64,000 nucleotides of DNA from Spirochaetia bacterium (GTDB taxonomy: Bacteria; Spirochaetota; Spirochaetia; UBA9216). Positions 49,129 through 59,389 of the stretch are shown here, one piece after another. The stretch is from assembly GCA_965140585.1 (NCBI GenBank), contig OZ223266.1, positions 79,843-143,842 on the forward strand, written 5' to 3'. The notes under the pieces were generated by a model. It made no database searches. It had not been told where the DNA came from and was given only the letters and a program-made list of their open reading frames with translations. Made by a program: the position numbers and the translations under genes. Position 1 is the first letter of the stretch; every line of letters begins with the position of its first letter.

Positions 49129-50373
49129 TCACTGTTCTTTCTGCTGCTGGAATTCTCTTTCAGCAGCTTTTTCTTCGGCTATAAGTTTTGCTTTTTCCGC
49201 CTTCTCTTCAGCCTTCATCTTTGCAAAGTTGGCACTAAGCTGAGTCTTTGCATCGGCTATTTCTTTTTTAAGTTTTTCAGCCTGAGCTCCCGATGCTGAT
49301 GACAGCTGTTTTTTCAGGTCGGAAATTGTTTCCTGCATCTGCAGCTTGTATGTATCTGCAGGAGTCAGGATTTTTACCTCTGAAGCCTTCTTGTTGCGGT
49401 ATATATCAAGCAGTACTGCTCCTATTACAACCACACCGGTAAAAAAGGTCTGGTAATGGGCCTGCAGATCCATTGACGGAAGGCCTGCTCTGAGTACACT
49501 CATAATATAGACACCGATCATGGTACCGAAAACTGAACCGATACCTCCGGAAAGTGATGTTCCGCCTATAACCGCACCAGCGATGGCGTAGAGCTCAAAG
49601 CCCTGGCCCTGTGCCGGCATAACAGTTGTATAAACAGCAGCGAATGCTATACCGCCGATCCCTGCGCTTACTCCGCTTACCACATAGGCCATCATTTCCC
49701 ATTTCTTTACGTTTACACCGGAAAGTCTGGCCGCTTCCTTGTTGCTGCCTATGGCAAAGATGTACCTGCCCATCTTTGTTTTGGAAAGAATAATAAATGC
49801 CAGTATCGCGACGCCGAACAGGATTATTGCTCCCGTCGGAATTGAAAAACGGTCTTCGGTAATATACTTGAACAAATTCTTGAACCATCCGTCTGCGTTG
49901 GAGCGGGTAGGGAAGGTTGCACTTCTAACGTTTGATACAATTGAACCGACACCCATGGAAATCATCATTGTTCCCAGAGTTGCTATAAAAGGCGGAAGAT
50001 TCAGGCTCGAAACCATGAAACCGTTGAAGAATCCAAAGCCGGTTGCAATTATCATTATCAGAATCAGGGCAGCCCACATCGGCCAGCCCCAGGTCTTATA
50101 GGCCGTACCGCCTATTATTGCCGCACACATCATTACGGTTCCGCAGGAAAGATCTATTCCTCCGGTGATTATTACAAAAGTTACACCAATTGAAATAAAG
50201 CCAATGTAATAGGATGAATCAAGGATGTTTACCAGTGTTGTGTATGAAAAGAAGTTTCTTCCGAAGAACCCGAAAAAGACATAAAGAATTATAAGGGCTG
50301 CCGGTGCCAGAAATTTCTGCATTCCGACTTCTTTCATCCTCTCCAGCATTGTTTTGTTATCGAGTGATTCCAT
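49129..50373 (-). CDS. Monosaccharide ABC permease (RbsC-like) with charged C-terminal tail
   Basis: GGIDLS, PPFIATLG, GSNKEAARLSGV, AVIGGTSLSGG. Confidence 0.92.
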   Translation of the reverse strand: MESLDNKTMLERMKEVGMQKFLAPAALIILYVFFGFFGRNFFSYTTLVNILDSSYYIGFISIGVTFVIITGGIDLSCGTVMMCAAIIGGTAYKTWGWPMWAALILIMIIATGFGFFNGFMVSSLNLPPFIATLGTMMISMGVGSIVSNVRSATFPTRSNADGWFKNLFKYITEDRFSIPTGAIILFGVAILAFIILSKTKMGRYIFAIGSNKEAARLSGVNVKKWEMMAYVVSGVSAGIGGIAFAAVYTTVMPAQGQGFELYAIAGAVIGGTSLSGGIGSVFGTMIGVYIMSVLRAGLPSMDLQAHYQTFFTGVVVIGAVLLDIYRNKKASEVKILTPADTYKLQMQETISDLKKQLSSASGAQAEKLKKEIADAKTQLSANFAKMKAEEKAEKAKLIAEEKAAEREFQQQKEQ

Positions 50374-51878
50374 TATTTACTCTCCTGATTTCTCATTGTG
50401 GCGTAGTGCATGATTTTTTCCTGGGATGCATCTTTTATATCCAGTTCGCCGGTAATTTTGCCCTCACACATGACTATAATTCTGTCGCTCATTCTAAGAA
50501 CTTCAGTCAGTTCGGAAGAGATCATGATGATCGATTTTCCTTCCTTGGCCAGGGTATTAATAAGGGTATATATTTCACTTTTTGCGCCGACATCAATTCC
50601 CCTGGTAGGCTCGTCGAATATCAGAATATCGCTGTTTCTGATAAGCCATTTTGCAATAACTACTTTCTGCTGATTTCCGCCTGAGAGGTTTTTCAGCAAC
50701 TGATCAAGGCTTGGAGTTTTAACCTTCAGCTTTGATACGTAGTCTCCGACAACTTCTTCAACCTTTTTCTTGTGAATGAAGAGTCCTCGCTCGTATTTTT
50801 CATATGATGCAATTATTGAATTGTCTGTCACATTCATTCCGACGGCGAGCCCGTAGCGTTTTCTGTCCTCGCTCAGGTAGCCGATTCCGTGGCCGACAGC
50901 ATCCATCGGGGTTTTTATTCTTGCCGGACGGCCATTGATCAGAATACTTCCGCTGTCAATGTGATCTGCCCCGAAGATTGCACGGGCTGTCTCTGTTCTT
51001 CCCGCTCCCATGAGGCCGGCAAAACCGAGTATCTCGCCTTTTTTCAGTGTGAAAGAAACGTCTTTAACCATTCTTCCGGCGCTGAGATTCTTGACCTCAA
51101 GCACAACCGGAGAGCCTTCAGGTACATTGCTTTCAGACTTAGGATCCTCATAGATAACACGGCCGACCATCATGTTGATGATCTCTTCCTTTGTGACGTT
51201 AGGAGTATCCTTTGTTCCTACATACTCGCCGTCACGCATAACGGTGACACGGTCTGTTATAACTCCAATTTCATCCATTCTGTGTGAAATATAGATCATG
51301 GCCACTCCTTTGGAAGCCAGATCCCTCATTATGGTGAACAGATCGTTTATCTCTGTTTCAGTTAAAGCGGCAGTAGGTTCATCCAGAATCAGAATTTTGA
51401 GATCGTGCGATACTGCCTTGGCGATCTCTACCATCTGCTGTTTACCAACGGTAAGCCTGCCCAGGGTTATTGTAGGGTCTATATCCATATTCAGACGGTT
51501 GAATAATTCATGTGTTCTCTGGTTCTGCTTTTTTTCACTCAGAAAAATACCCTTAGTTGATTCCCTTCCTATAAAGATGTTCTGGGCTACAGTGAGCTCT
51601 TCCATCATATTAAGTTCCTGATGGATGATGCCGATGCCCTTTTCAAGGGCTTCTTTGGGGCTTGCCGGGTTGTATAGTTTTCCCAGGTAATGGATTTCTC
51701 CTGAGTCTTTGGGGAATATTCCGGTCAGCGCTTTCATGAGAGTTGATTTTCCGGCTCCGTTCTCCCCTACAAGGGCATGAATCTCACCTTCGCGCAGGTC
51801 GAAGTTTACTCCCTTGAGGGCATGAACACCGGTAAAACGCTTCTCAATATTCTTCATGGAGAGTACTGTTTCTCTCAC
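50373..51878 (-). CDS. Monosaccharide ABC ATPase (RbsA/MglA-like, two NBDs)
   Basis: GENGAGKST, LDEPT, LSGGNQQK, DEPTRGIDVGAK. Confidence 0.95.
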   Translation of the reverse strand: MRETVLSMKNIEKRFTGVHALKGVNFDLREGEIHALVGENGAGKSTLMKALTGIFPKDSGEIHYLGKLYNPASPKEALEKGIGIIHQELNMMEELTVAQNIFIGRESTKGIFLSEKKQNQRTHELFNRLNMDIDPTITLGRLTVGKQQMVEIAKAVSHDLKILILDEPTAALTETEINDLFTIMRDLASKGVAMIYISHRMDEIGVITDRVTVMRDGEYVGTKDTPNVTKEEIINMMVGRVIYEDPKSESNVPEGSPVVLEVKNLSAGRMVKDVSFTLKKGEILGFAGLMGAGRTETARAIFGADHIDSGSILINGRPARIKTPMDAVGHGIGYLSEDRKRYGLAVGMNVTDNSIIASYEKYERGLFIHKKKVEEVVGDYVSKLKVKTPSLDQLLKNLSGGNQQKVVIAKWLIRNSDILIFDEPTRGIDVGAKSEIYTLINTLAKEGKSIIMISSELTEVLRMSDRIIVMCEGKITGELDIKDASQEKIMHYATMRNQESK

Positions 51879-51972
51879 GACTAGCGTCTCCTTATTTATT
51901 GGTTAATTAAATTATCAGGGCAGAATAAGGATCGCGAAATCGAGAAATTTACGGATTTTGTTGAAGATTTTC

Positions 51973-52959
51973 CTATCTGGTGCTGAAAGGGTACAATAAT
52001 TCCTGGTATTCACGCTGAAACATGTTCTCACGTGTTATAAGTACAGAGCCGGTGTCTATAAAGTCAGGAACGGGATTGCCAAGCAGGTATTCGGCTGCGG
52101 TCTTTACCGACAGGTAGCCCATGTTGTAGGGGCGCTGAACCACAGTTGCTTTTATGACACCTTCTTCAAGGTATGACAGTTCCCTGATAGCATTGTCAAA
52201 ACCTACTACTATAACTCTGTCCTTGCTTCCTGTTTCTTCTATGGCTCTGGCTACACCGAGGGCGGCAACTTCGTTAAGGGCAACTATGCCGCCGAGCTCC
52301 TCATTTTTTAAAAGCTCCAGTGTTATTCTGTAGGCCTTTTCCTGCATGACATCGCAGAACCATGTCCCTATTATTTTCTGGCCTTCAAGTGCAGACCGGA
52401 CCCCGGCCTCCCTGTCGATAGCGGTAGCTGTTTCACGGATATGGCTGACTATTGCGATCCCCTTATTCTCACTATCTGCAATAAGACGTTTTATTTCCCG
52501 CCCTGCTTTTTTCCCGGCTTCGAGATTATCAGTCGCAATGAATGATGCAGGTATTCCTGAATCTATTCCCGAATCCAGTGTAATGACTGGAATATTGAGG
52601 TTGTTTGCCCTTGTTACAGGTTCTACGAATCTCTTATAATCTGTTGCTGCCAGAATTATCATAGGCGGATCTTTGTCGATCACATCATTAAGTATGCTTA
52701 TCTGAACATCTATATCCTTCTCATACTTTGGTCCGGATATTTCAACATCAATACCGTATTCTCTGGCGGCCTGATTGATGCCTCTTTCTACTACATTCCA
52801 GAAGTCCATTGGCTGGCCTTCAATTGATTTGATAATTATCTGAACCGGTTTTTCGAGAGATAGTTCACCGGGCGCAGCTTTCACATAAAAAACTGAAAGG
52901 ATGATGAAAAGTATGAGTCCAGCAATTAGACTGATAAACAGCATAAACCAGTTTTTCAT
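51973..52959 (-). CDS. Membrane-anchored sugar-binding sensor protein (third component of the TCS)
   Basis: Periplasmic binding protein type 1 motifs (FIATDNLEAG, VVGFD, VVQRPYNMGY); overlaps the kinase. Confidence 0.8.
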   Translation of the reverse strand: MKNWFMLFISLIAGLILFIILSVFYVKAAPGELSLEKPVQIIIKSIEGQPMDFWNVVERGINQAAREYGIDVEISGPKYEKDIDVQISILNDVIDKDPPMIILAATDYKRFVEPVTRANNLNIPVITLDSGIDSGIPASFIATDNLEAGKKAGREIKRLIADSENKGIAIVSHIRETATAIDREAGVRSALEGQKIIGTWFCDVMQEKAYRITLELLKNEELGGIVALNEVAALGVARAIEETGSKDRVIVVGFDNAIRELSYLEEGVIKATVVQRPYNMGYLSVKTAAEYLLGNPVPDFIDTGSVLITRENMFQREYQELLYPFSTR

Positions 52960-54740
52960 AAATCAAACTCCTCAATGTGGTCCGGAATCCTGACTGTTAT
53001 GCTGGTGCCCATCCCCGGTTCGCTGCTGAATGACAATCCGTAATCTTCGCCGAAATACAGCTTAATCCTCTCATGCACATTTCGCACGCCCATTCCCTGC
53101 CTGGAAAGCTGAACCGGTTCTTCACCGGCGGCCTCTATGCCTCTCACAAGTTCCTGAAGTTCTTTTTCATCCATACCCCGACCGTTATCAGTGACTGTCA
53201 GTATAATTAAATCATCTTCGACATGTCCGGTAATACTGATAAAACCCTGCCTATCTACTTCCTTTATTCCGTGATAAATGGCGTTCTCTACAAGCGGCTG
53301 AAGGGTTATTTTCAGAATCAGCAGTTCATGAATAGCCGGATCTATATCAATAAGGTATCGGAATTTATCCTTGTAACGCATTTCCTGAATAGTAAGATAA
53401 GACTGAACATGTGCAATTTCTTCATTAATCGTGATAATTTCACGGCCCTTGCTGATAGATATCCGGAACAGTTTTGACAGGGCAGAGGTCATCTGAACAA
53501 CCTCCCGGTTCTGCCCCATTTCACCCATCCAGATAATTGAATCGAGGGTGTTGTAAAGAAAATGCGGGTTAATCTGGGCTTGAAGAGCTTTTAGATCACT
53601 TTTCCGCTTCTGATCCTGCTCTCTGGTATTCTGAGCCATAAGCTCCCGGATACGGCTGACCATAATATCGTATTCGCGTGCCAGTTCGCGTATTTCATCG
53701 GTACCTTCAATTTTACCGATAAGGTGAAAATCGCCGGAATCGACGCTTTTCATTATGTTCTGCAGTTTTCGTACCGGTTTGGAAATTCCTGATGATATTC
53801 TGTTTGTTGCCAGTCCTCCAAGAACAAACAGCGCCAGGCCTATAAGCGAGTAGGAAAGCTGTACATTCCTCCAGTCGGTAGTAAGATCGCTATGATAGGT
53901 CACATTGATTATATGCCAGCCTGTCAGCTCAGAGCTTGCAAGTGTGAAATAATGTTCTCCATCAAAGAACATTTTGTCGTCCGGATCTTTCGACAGTTTA
54001 ATTATCTCTGATATGGGTTCCGAGCGGATTTCACTGTAGACAAGCTGCTGCATCGGGTGAAATACATAGTTTCCATCAGCATCCAGTATGAAATCATAGC
54101 TCTTGCTTCCAACTACAAGGGAGCGGCAGTATTCATCTATCCGGTTGAACTTCAGATCCAGCAGCAGAACTCCAAGAAATTCACCTGTCGATGATGAATT
54201 TATAGTATGGCTAAGTGAAACCACCCAGGTGTAACGCTGCTTAATTATGTTCTGAACATAGGAAGTCGAGACAACTGTATGTCCTTCCTGTTCCAGTGCC
54301 GCTTTGTACCAGCTTTGTTCTTCTATAGTAACCCAGGGGTTTATTTCAGCATCAGGTTCTCCGCTGAGTATCTGTCCGTTATTTCCTATTATCAGTATTT
54401 CTGAAATATCGCCTCTTGCTCTGATGTAGTCGGCCAGACGGTTCTGCAGACTCCTGGCGGTTTCTTCTGATTCTGACGGTTCCGTTATCAAATAACTCTG
54501 AATCTGTTCGTCATCGATAATGACCTGGGCAAGTTTTTCGGTATCTCCTATATATGAATCAATCTGTGTTACAAGCTGTTCAAGAAGGGCTTCATTATTA
54601 TCGAGTACTGAGTTTCTTACAGTATTAACGGTAAAACGGAATGCCACCAGCTGCATTATAAAAACGGCTGAAAAAATGATGATTGTGAATATTGTATAGA
54701 TCCTTGACTGAAGGGTACCGAAGCCCCAGGGCTTTTTCAT
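52956..54740 (-). CDS. YesM/LytS-type sensor histidine kinase (dCache-HAMP)
   Basis: LQAQINPHFLYNTLDSI, LQPLVENAIYHG, DNGRGM, GMGVRNV. Confidence 0.93.
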   Translation of the reverse strand: MKKPWGFGTLQSRIYTIFTIIIFSAVFIMQLVAFRFTVNTVRNSVLDNNEALLEQLVTQIDSYIGDTEKLAQVIIDDEQIQSYLITEPSESEETARSLQNRLADYIRARGDISEILIIGNNGQILSGEPDAEINPWVTIEEQSWYKAALEQEGHTVVSTSYVQNIIKQRYTWVVSLSHTINSSSTGEFLGVLLLDLKFNRIDEYCRSLVVGSKSYDFILDADGNYVFHPMQQLVYSEIRSEPISEIIKLSKDPDDKMFFDGEHYFTLASSELTGWHIINVTYHSDLTTDWRNVQLSYSLIGLALFVLGGLATNRISSGISKPVRKLQNIMKSVDSGDFHLIGKIEGTDEIRELAREYDIMVSRIRELMAQNTREQDQKRKSDLKALQAQINPHFLYNTLDSIIWMGEMGQNREVVQMTSALSKLFRISISKGREIITINEEIAHVQSYLTIQEMRYKDKFRYLIDIDPAIHELLILKITLQPLVENAIYHGIKEVDRQGFISITGHVEDDLIILTVTDNGRGMDEKELQELVRGIEAAGEEPVQLSRQGMGVRNVHERIKLYFGEDYGLSFSSEPGMGTSITVRIPDHIEEFDL

Positions 54741-56305
54741 TTATCAACTCCCTTGCGGTATTCCATTGCTGTAAGCCCGGTGAGTTTTTTAAATACTATT
54801 GAGAAATACCTGGGATCCGAGAATCCTGTCTGCTCTGCAACCTCATAGCCCTTCAAGTCGGTAGCCTTTAGAAGCTTTTTGGCCTGTTCAACCCGGTAGG
54901 CGGTCAGAAATTCAACAAAGGTCTGTCCGGTTCCTTCCTTGAAAAGTAAACTGAACTGACTGGTTGAGAGGTAAAGCTCGTCACATATGTCTTTGAGTGA
55001 AAAGCGAGGATCTTTATATTTTTCAGCAATTATATGCCTTGCCCTGTCTATTCTGGAAAGGACAGCGTCATGTCTTCTTACCTGGATTATTTCCTCTATT
55101 TTTCTGAGTACCCTGAAAAAATAACTTTTTGCCTGCTGAAGTGAGCCGAAGCTTCCGGGCGGGTTAAAAAGCGGTTCACTGTTTGCCGCAGGAAGCATAT
55201 CCATTTCTTCCAGAAACTGCGTCAGCAGGTAGTGGAGCCTTGTAAGGTAGCTTGAGGCCTCCGACATAGTGAGATAGTGAGTCTCAAAGAAACTGAAGAT
55301 GTCACTCAGTATGCCTGCGGCTGAATCATCGCTGCCGGTACGCAGGGATGCTGTCAGTTCCCGCGCAATTGTATTAAAACCCTCGAGTGATATATGTTTT
55401 TTATCCCTCACATCATTAATGGACATGATCTGTGAAACTCCAAGGACTCTGGAGTAGTCAAGGGCGGAACCTGCTCCTCTGTATGAGGCATGAAGCATGT
55501 AGGGCGAGTTTACAACCTCGCCGATTCCAGCGGATATTTGATCCTTTTCAAGATTTGAGGTATATCTGAATGCTTCTTCCGCAATTTCAACTGCCCGGCT
55601 GCTTAATGCTTTTTCATCGGAGTCCTGAAGCAGCAGTACTATATCCTCTTCACGGTTTGAAAATACTTCGTCTTCTATTCTTGCTCTGGATTTAAGGTAT
55701 TCCGAGAGTGTAAGCGTATCAATATCATCCCAGCTTTGCGGAATACTGATTATTGAGACCTGATAGTAGGCCTGGCTGTCATTCCACTGGAAGAAGTCTT
55801 TTCTGCGGAGGAAGTTTTCCCTGCTGAGTCTGCCTGATACCAGTCTGTAAAGAAATCTTTCACGCAGCAGCGGGAAGCTTTTTTCCAGCCTCTCCTGCAT
55901 AATTTCTTGTTGACGTTCATTTTCCCTATTCAGATCGAGCTCGGATTGTACTCTTTTAAGCACCTCATTGAGTTCGACAGCAGTTATGGGTTTTAGCAGG
56001 AAATCACGTACCTGGTTTTTCAGGGCTTCCTGAGCGTATTCGAAATCATCGTATCCTGAAAGAAGCAGAACCATGATTTTGGGGTATCTTTCTGAAATAA
56101 TACGGCTGAGCTGGAGTCCGTCCATTCGCGGCATGTTAATATCAGTAATAACAATATCAGCATGGTTGTGTTCAAGGAACTCAAGGGCCTGTTCTCCGTG
56201 TTCAAAAAGCCCTGCAAGCTCAAAACCATTGTTGCCCCATGGAACACAGCTGGAAATTCCCTCTCTGATTATGGCCTCATCATCAACAAGAATCAGTCGA
56301 TACAT
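54737..56305 (-). CDS. YesN-type response regulator (REC plus AraC HTH)
   Basis: LVDDEAIIREG, TDINMPRMDG, C-terminal GFSDPRYFSIVFKKLTG. Confidence 0.93.
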   Translation of the reverse strand: MYRLILVDDEAIIREGISSCVPWGNNGFELAGLFEHGEQALEFLEHNHADIVITDINMPRMDGLQLSRIISERYPKIMVLLLSGYDDFEYAQEALKNQVRDFLLKPITAVELNEVLKRVQSELDLNRENERQQEIMQERLEKSFPLLRERFLYRLVSGRLSRENFLRRKDFFQWNDSQAYYQVSIISIPQSWDDIDTLTLSEYLKSRARIEDEVFSNREEDIVLLLQDSDEKALSSRAVEIAEEAFRYTSNLEKDQISAGIGEVVNSPYMLHASYRGAGSALDYSRVLGVSQIMSINDVRDKKHISLEGFNTIARELTASLRTGSDDSAAGILSDIFSFFETHYLTMSEASSYLTRLHYLLTQFLEEMDMLPAANSEPLFNPPGSFGSLQQAKSYFFRVLRKIEEIIQVRRHDAVLSRIDRARHIIAEKYKDPRFSLKDICDELYLSTSQFSLLFKEGTGQTFVEFLTAYRVEQAKKLLKATDLKGYEVAEQTGFSDPRYFSIVFKKLTGLTAMEYRKGVDK

Positions 56306-56556
56306 CAAGTCTTACTCCGGCGTCATTATATCACAGCTTTATGTTATTGAGGTTTTTTATTAAAATTGTATGAAAAATTGTGCAATTTCACCAAAAACAT
56401 TGTATTTTTTAAACAAATGAGGTATTTTATCAATGAAGGGGGAAATAGAGTATTTGTCAAGAAAAATTATGAAAATTTTTCAAAAATACTTGATACTTTT
56501 ATAAAAAAGTAGTAATTTATCGATAAGAATAAATCTTCTTAGTAAGGAGTTACAAT

Positions 56557-56991
56557 ATGGAAGAAAAGAAATCTGTAGTAGAGAATCTGAAGAGAATGCT
56601 TCTCAGTGAAGGTATACAGGTAAGTAATGAAGAGCGATGGAATGCTCTTGGTGCTCAGGCTGAAGAACATAAGGCAGAGCTTGAGAAAGAACTCGGTACA
56701 GTAATTGCCTGGCATGAAGCTCTTTTTTCATGGCATGAAAATGTACTTCACCCTTTAAGAGTAGCAATCAACACATGGGAAATCAAAGCAGCTTTCCCCA
56801 ATCAGACACTTGGTGATCTTGTTCTTGCAATCACTGACCACTGGAACTACCTGAGGGAAAAACACACTGCAATTACACTTGAAGAAGCTGCAGCAAGCTT
56901 TGTTAATAATTACGGTGAAGGACTGGCAAGATTTTTCTCACGTTTTCTTATTCCTGCAAGTATCAAAAAAGAACTGGAAGCCATCGGCTAA
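56557..56991 (+). CDS. Small helical protein, DUF4032-like
   Basis: EHK..L..E, W.ENV..P, FPNQTLGDLVLAITDHWNYL, EAAASFVNNYG; AAGGAG SD. Confidence 0.65.
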   Translation: MEEKKSVVENLKRMLLSEGIQVSNEERWNALGAQAEEHKAELEKELGTVIAWHEALFSWHENVLHPLRVAINTWEIKAAFPNQTLGDLVLAITDHWNYLREKHTAITLEEAAASFVNNYGEGLARFFSRFLIPASIKKELEAIG

Positions 56992-57067
56992 TGCCGCTGG
57001 CTTTCAAGACTAAAGATATAATGGAATTAAATGAGAATGAGCCGCCAGTCTTCTCAATGAAGTAGCT

Positions 57068-57105
57068 AAGGGACTATCTGAAAAAAGGTAAGTCCCTTTT
57101 TTTTT
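57068..57105 (+). terminator. Intrinsic terminator
   Basis: AAGGGACT...AGTCCCTT followed by a long T-tract. Confidence 0.8.
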
Positions 57106-57204
57106 ATTTAAAAATTAAAGTTCAAAAGCATTCAGCTGTTTTCGATTTTTACACAAAAAATATCAAGAAAATATAAAAATCCCGCCTATGTCTTATAAAA
57201 ACAA

Positions 57205-57232
57205 TAAACAATATAAGAATATATTCCGAAAA
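57205..57232 (+). promoter_or_regulatory. Possible sigma28 (FliA) promoter of the MCP
   Basis: TAAA-N16-TCCGAAAA upstream of an MCP; AT-rich context weakens it. Confidence 0.35.
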
Positions 57233-57282
57233 ATTCCATGAAAAGCTATAAAAATCGTATCAAAAAACGGAGTTAACCAGCC

Positions 57283-59346
57283 ATGTCACTATCAAAAAAA
57301 CTCTCTCTTTCAATAGGCTTTCTTATAGCCGTCGTTGCGGCAGGAACGGCAATCGTCCTGACTTTAGTAGCATCAAATGCACTTATGGATACCACAGCTG
57401 TCCTTATGGATACTCAGGTCAGATCCGGCAGAGAAATTGTCAGGCAGGAAATTGATCTTAAAATAAGTAAATTGAAGGCTCTTTCGGCGGTTCTGGGAGC
57501 ATTCCCTGTCACCGTTCAGGAAAGAAGAGCCTTTCTTGCCAATGAAAAGAAGGGTTTGGATTTCCTGGAGATTGCCTTTGTCGATATGCAGGGGATTGCA
57601 GATTACGGCTCAGATGAAGAATCTATCGATCTGCATGATAGAAGCTATATAAAAACAGCTCTGGCCGGAAAGCCTGCTGTTTCTGATGTTCTAATCAGCA
57701 GGGCGACTGGAGAACCTGTTGTCATGTACTGTGTGCCGATATTTCATGAGGGTAGCGTTGTCGGTGCTGTTCTGGGCCGAGCCAGGGGAACCGATTTAAG
57801 CAGTTATGTTGAAGCAATGGGTTTCGGAGAGTCTGGGTATGCCTACATTGTGAATGGTGAGGGAACTATTATTGCTCATCCGAAAGCAAGCATGGTTCTT
57901 GAACAGTTTAACCCTGTGAAGCTGCTTGATACCAACCCGGGGTTGGCGGGGCTTGCCGCCTTTTTTGAAAACTTCAGTTCCTCCGAAACCGGTACAGGAA
58001 TGTATGAATTCAACAGCAGGGCTATATTTGCGGAATTTTTTTCCATTGATAATTCCGACTGGAAACTGGTAGTAACTGCTGAGAAAAGCGAATTCCTGGG
58101 AAGTTTGACCCATATGAGGATAATCGGCATAATTGCATGCGCTGTCTTTATAATAATTGGTGTTGTTGTCTCGGTAATCTTTACACGCTCAATTACCGGT
58201 AAAATTGATTATATGATTCCTGTTATAGAGGCACTTTCTGAAGGAAACCTGTCCCTGAGAATGGATGTGACTTCAAAAGATGAAATTGGGCAGATGAGTA
58301 AGTCATACAATACTGCTGTGGACAGGCTTTCGGATATGCTTTCTGTAACAAAACAGTCTTCAGAACAGATGGGGTTGATTTCAGAAGAACTTGGTCAAAA
58401 TATGATGGAAACCGCTGCTTCCATGAATCAGATTACTTCAAATATCAACAGGCTGAATGGACAATGTGATGAACATTCTGCATCAATTAATGAGACGGAC
58501 AGGGTAATTTCAGAGATGCAGTCCCGTGCAATCAGTCTGAGTGATATGGTTAATGAACAGTCATCGGTGGTTACCGAAACCTCCGCAGCTGTTGAGGAGC
58601 TTTTATCGAATATAAAATCTGTTTCAAAGATCCTTAATAATAATTCAGATTCAATAGACGATCTGGTAATGGCTTCTGAATCCGGAAAAGATGGCATTGT
58701 AAAGCTCAATGAGATTGCAAGAGGTATTGAAAACAACTCAAGCAGTCTTCTTGAGACTATTGATGTGATTCAGAACATAGCAAGCCAAACTAATCTTCTT
58801 TCGATGAATGCAGCCATTGAAGCTGCTCATGCGGGTGATGCCGGAAAGGGCTTTGCCGTAGTTGCAGAGGAGATCAGAAAACTGGCCGAGGATTCCTCGA
58901 CTGAGGGCAAGACCATTTCTGAAGCACTTAAAAGACTTAAAGAAGAGATTTCAACTATCGCCTCACTCTCGACTATGTCTGACCGGCAGTTTGATGATAT
59001 AAGCAGGCTGCTTGAATCTGTCCGGAACCAGGAATATGAAATAAAATGCTCAATGCAGGAGCAGGATGAGGGCAGTTCGGTTATTCTTGAGTCTGTTCAA
59101 ATGATGAACAATATCTCCCAGGAAGTAAAGGCCGGTTCCGATGTTATGAACACCGGCTGTCAGAATGTCTCGGAGACAATGGAGCATCTTAAAAAACTCA
59201 CATTTGAAATGCATGCAAGCATGAATGAGATGGTTCAGGGAACAAAGATGATTAATGAGGCTATACAAAACGTGAATAATGCAACTCAGGAAATGAATGC
59301 AGGTGTTGAACAGATGGCTTGTGAGGTTGCGGTCTTTACTGTCTGA
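57283..59346 (+). CDS. Methyl-accepting chemotaxis protein (dCache-HAMP-MA)
   Basis: [63 protein letters not shown]. Confidence 0.95.
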   Translation: MSLSKKLSLSIGFLIAVVAAGTAIVLTLVASNALMDTTAVLMDTQVRSGREIVRQEIDLKISKLKALSAVLGAFPVTVQERRAFLANEKKGLDFLEIAFVDMQGIADYGSDEESIDLHDRSYIKTALAGKPAVSDVLISRATGEPVVMYCVPIFHEGSVVGAVLGRARGTDLSSYVEAMGFGESGYAYIVNGEGTIIAHPKASMVLEQFNPVKLLDTNPGLAGLAAFFENFSSSETGTGMYEFNSRAIFAEFFSIDNSDWKLVVTAEKSEFLGSLTHMRIIGIIACAVFIIIGVVVSVIFTRSITGKIDYMIPVIEALSEGNLSLRMDVTSKDEIGQMSKSYNTAVDRLSDMLSVTKQSSEQMGLISEELGQNMMETAASMNQITSNINRLNGQCDEHSASINETDRVISEMQSRAISLSDMVNEQSSVVTETSAAVEELLSNIKSVSKILNNNSDSIDDLVMASESGKDGIVKLNEIARGIENNSSSLLETIDVIQNIASQTNLLSMNAAIEAAHAGDAGKGFAVVAEEIRKLAEDSSTEGKTISEALKRLKEEISTIASLSTMSDRQFDDISRLLESVRNQEYEIKCSMQEQDEGSSVILESVQMMNNISQEVKAGSDVMNTGCQNVSETMEHLKKLTFEMHASMNEMVQGTKMINEAIQNVNNATQEMNAGVEQMACEVAVFTV

Positions 59347-59389
59347 GTAAAGCTTGATTGGCTGCTGTAACGCAGGGTAATATGGAAGA

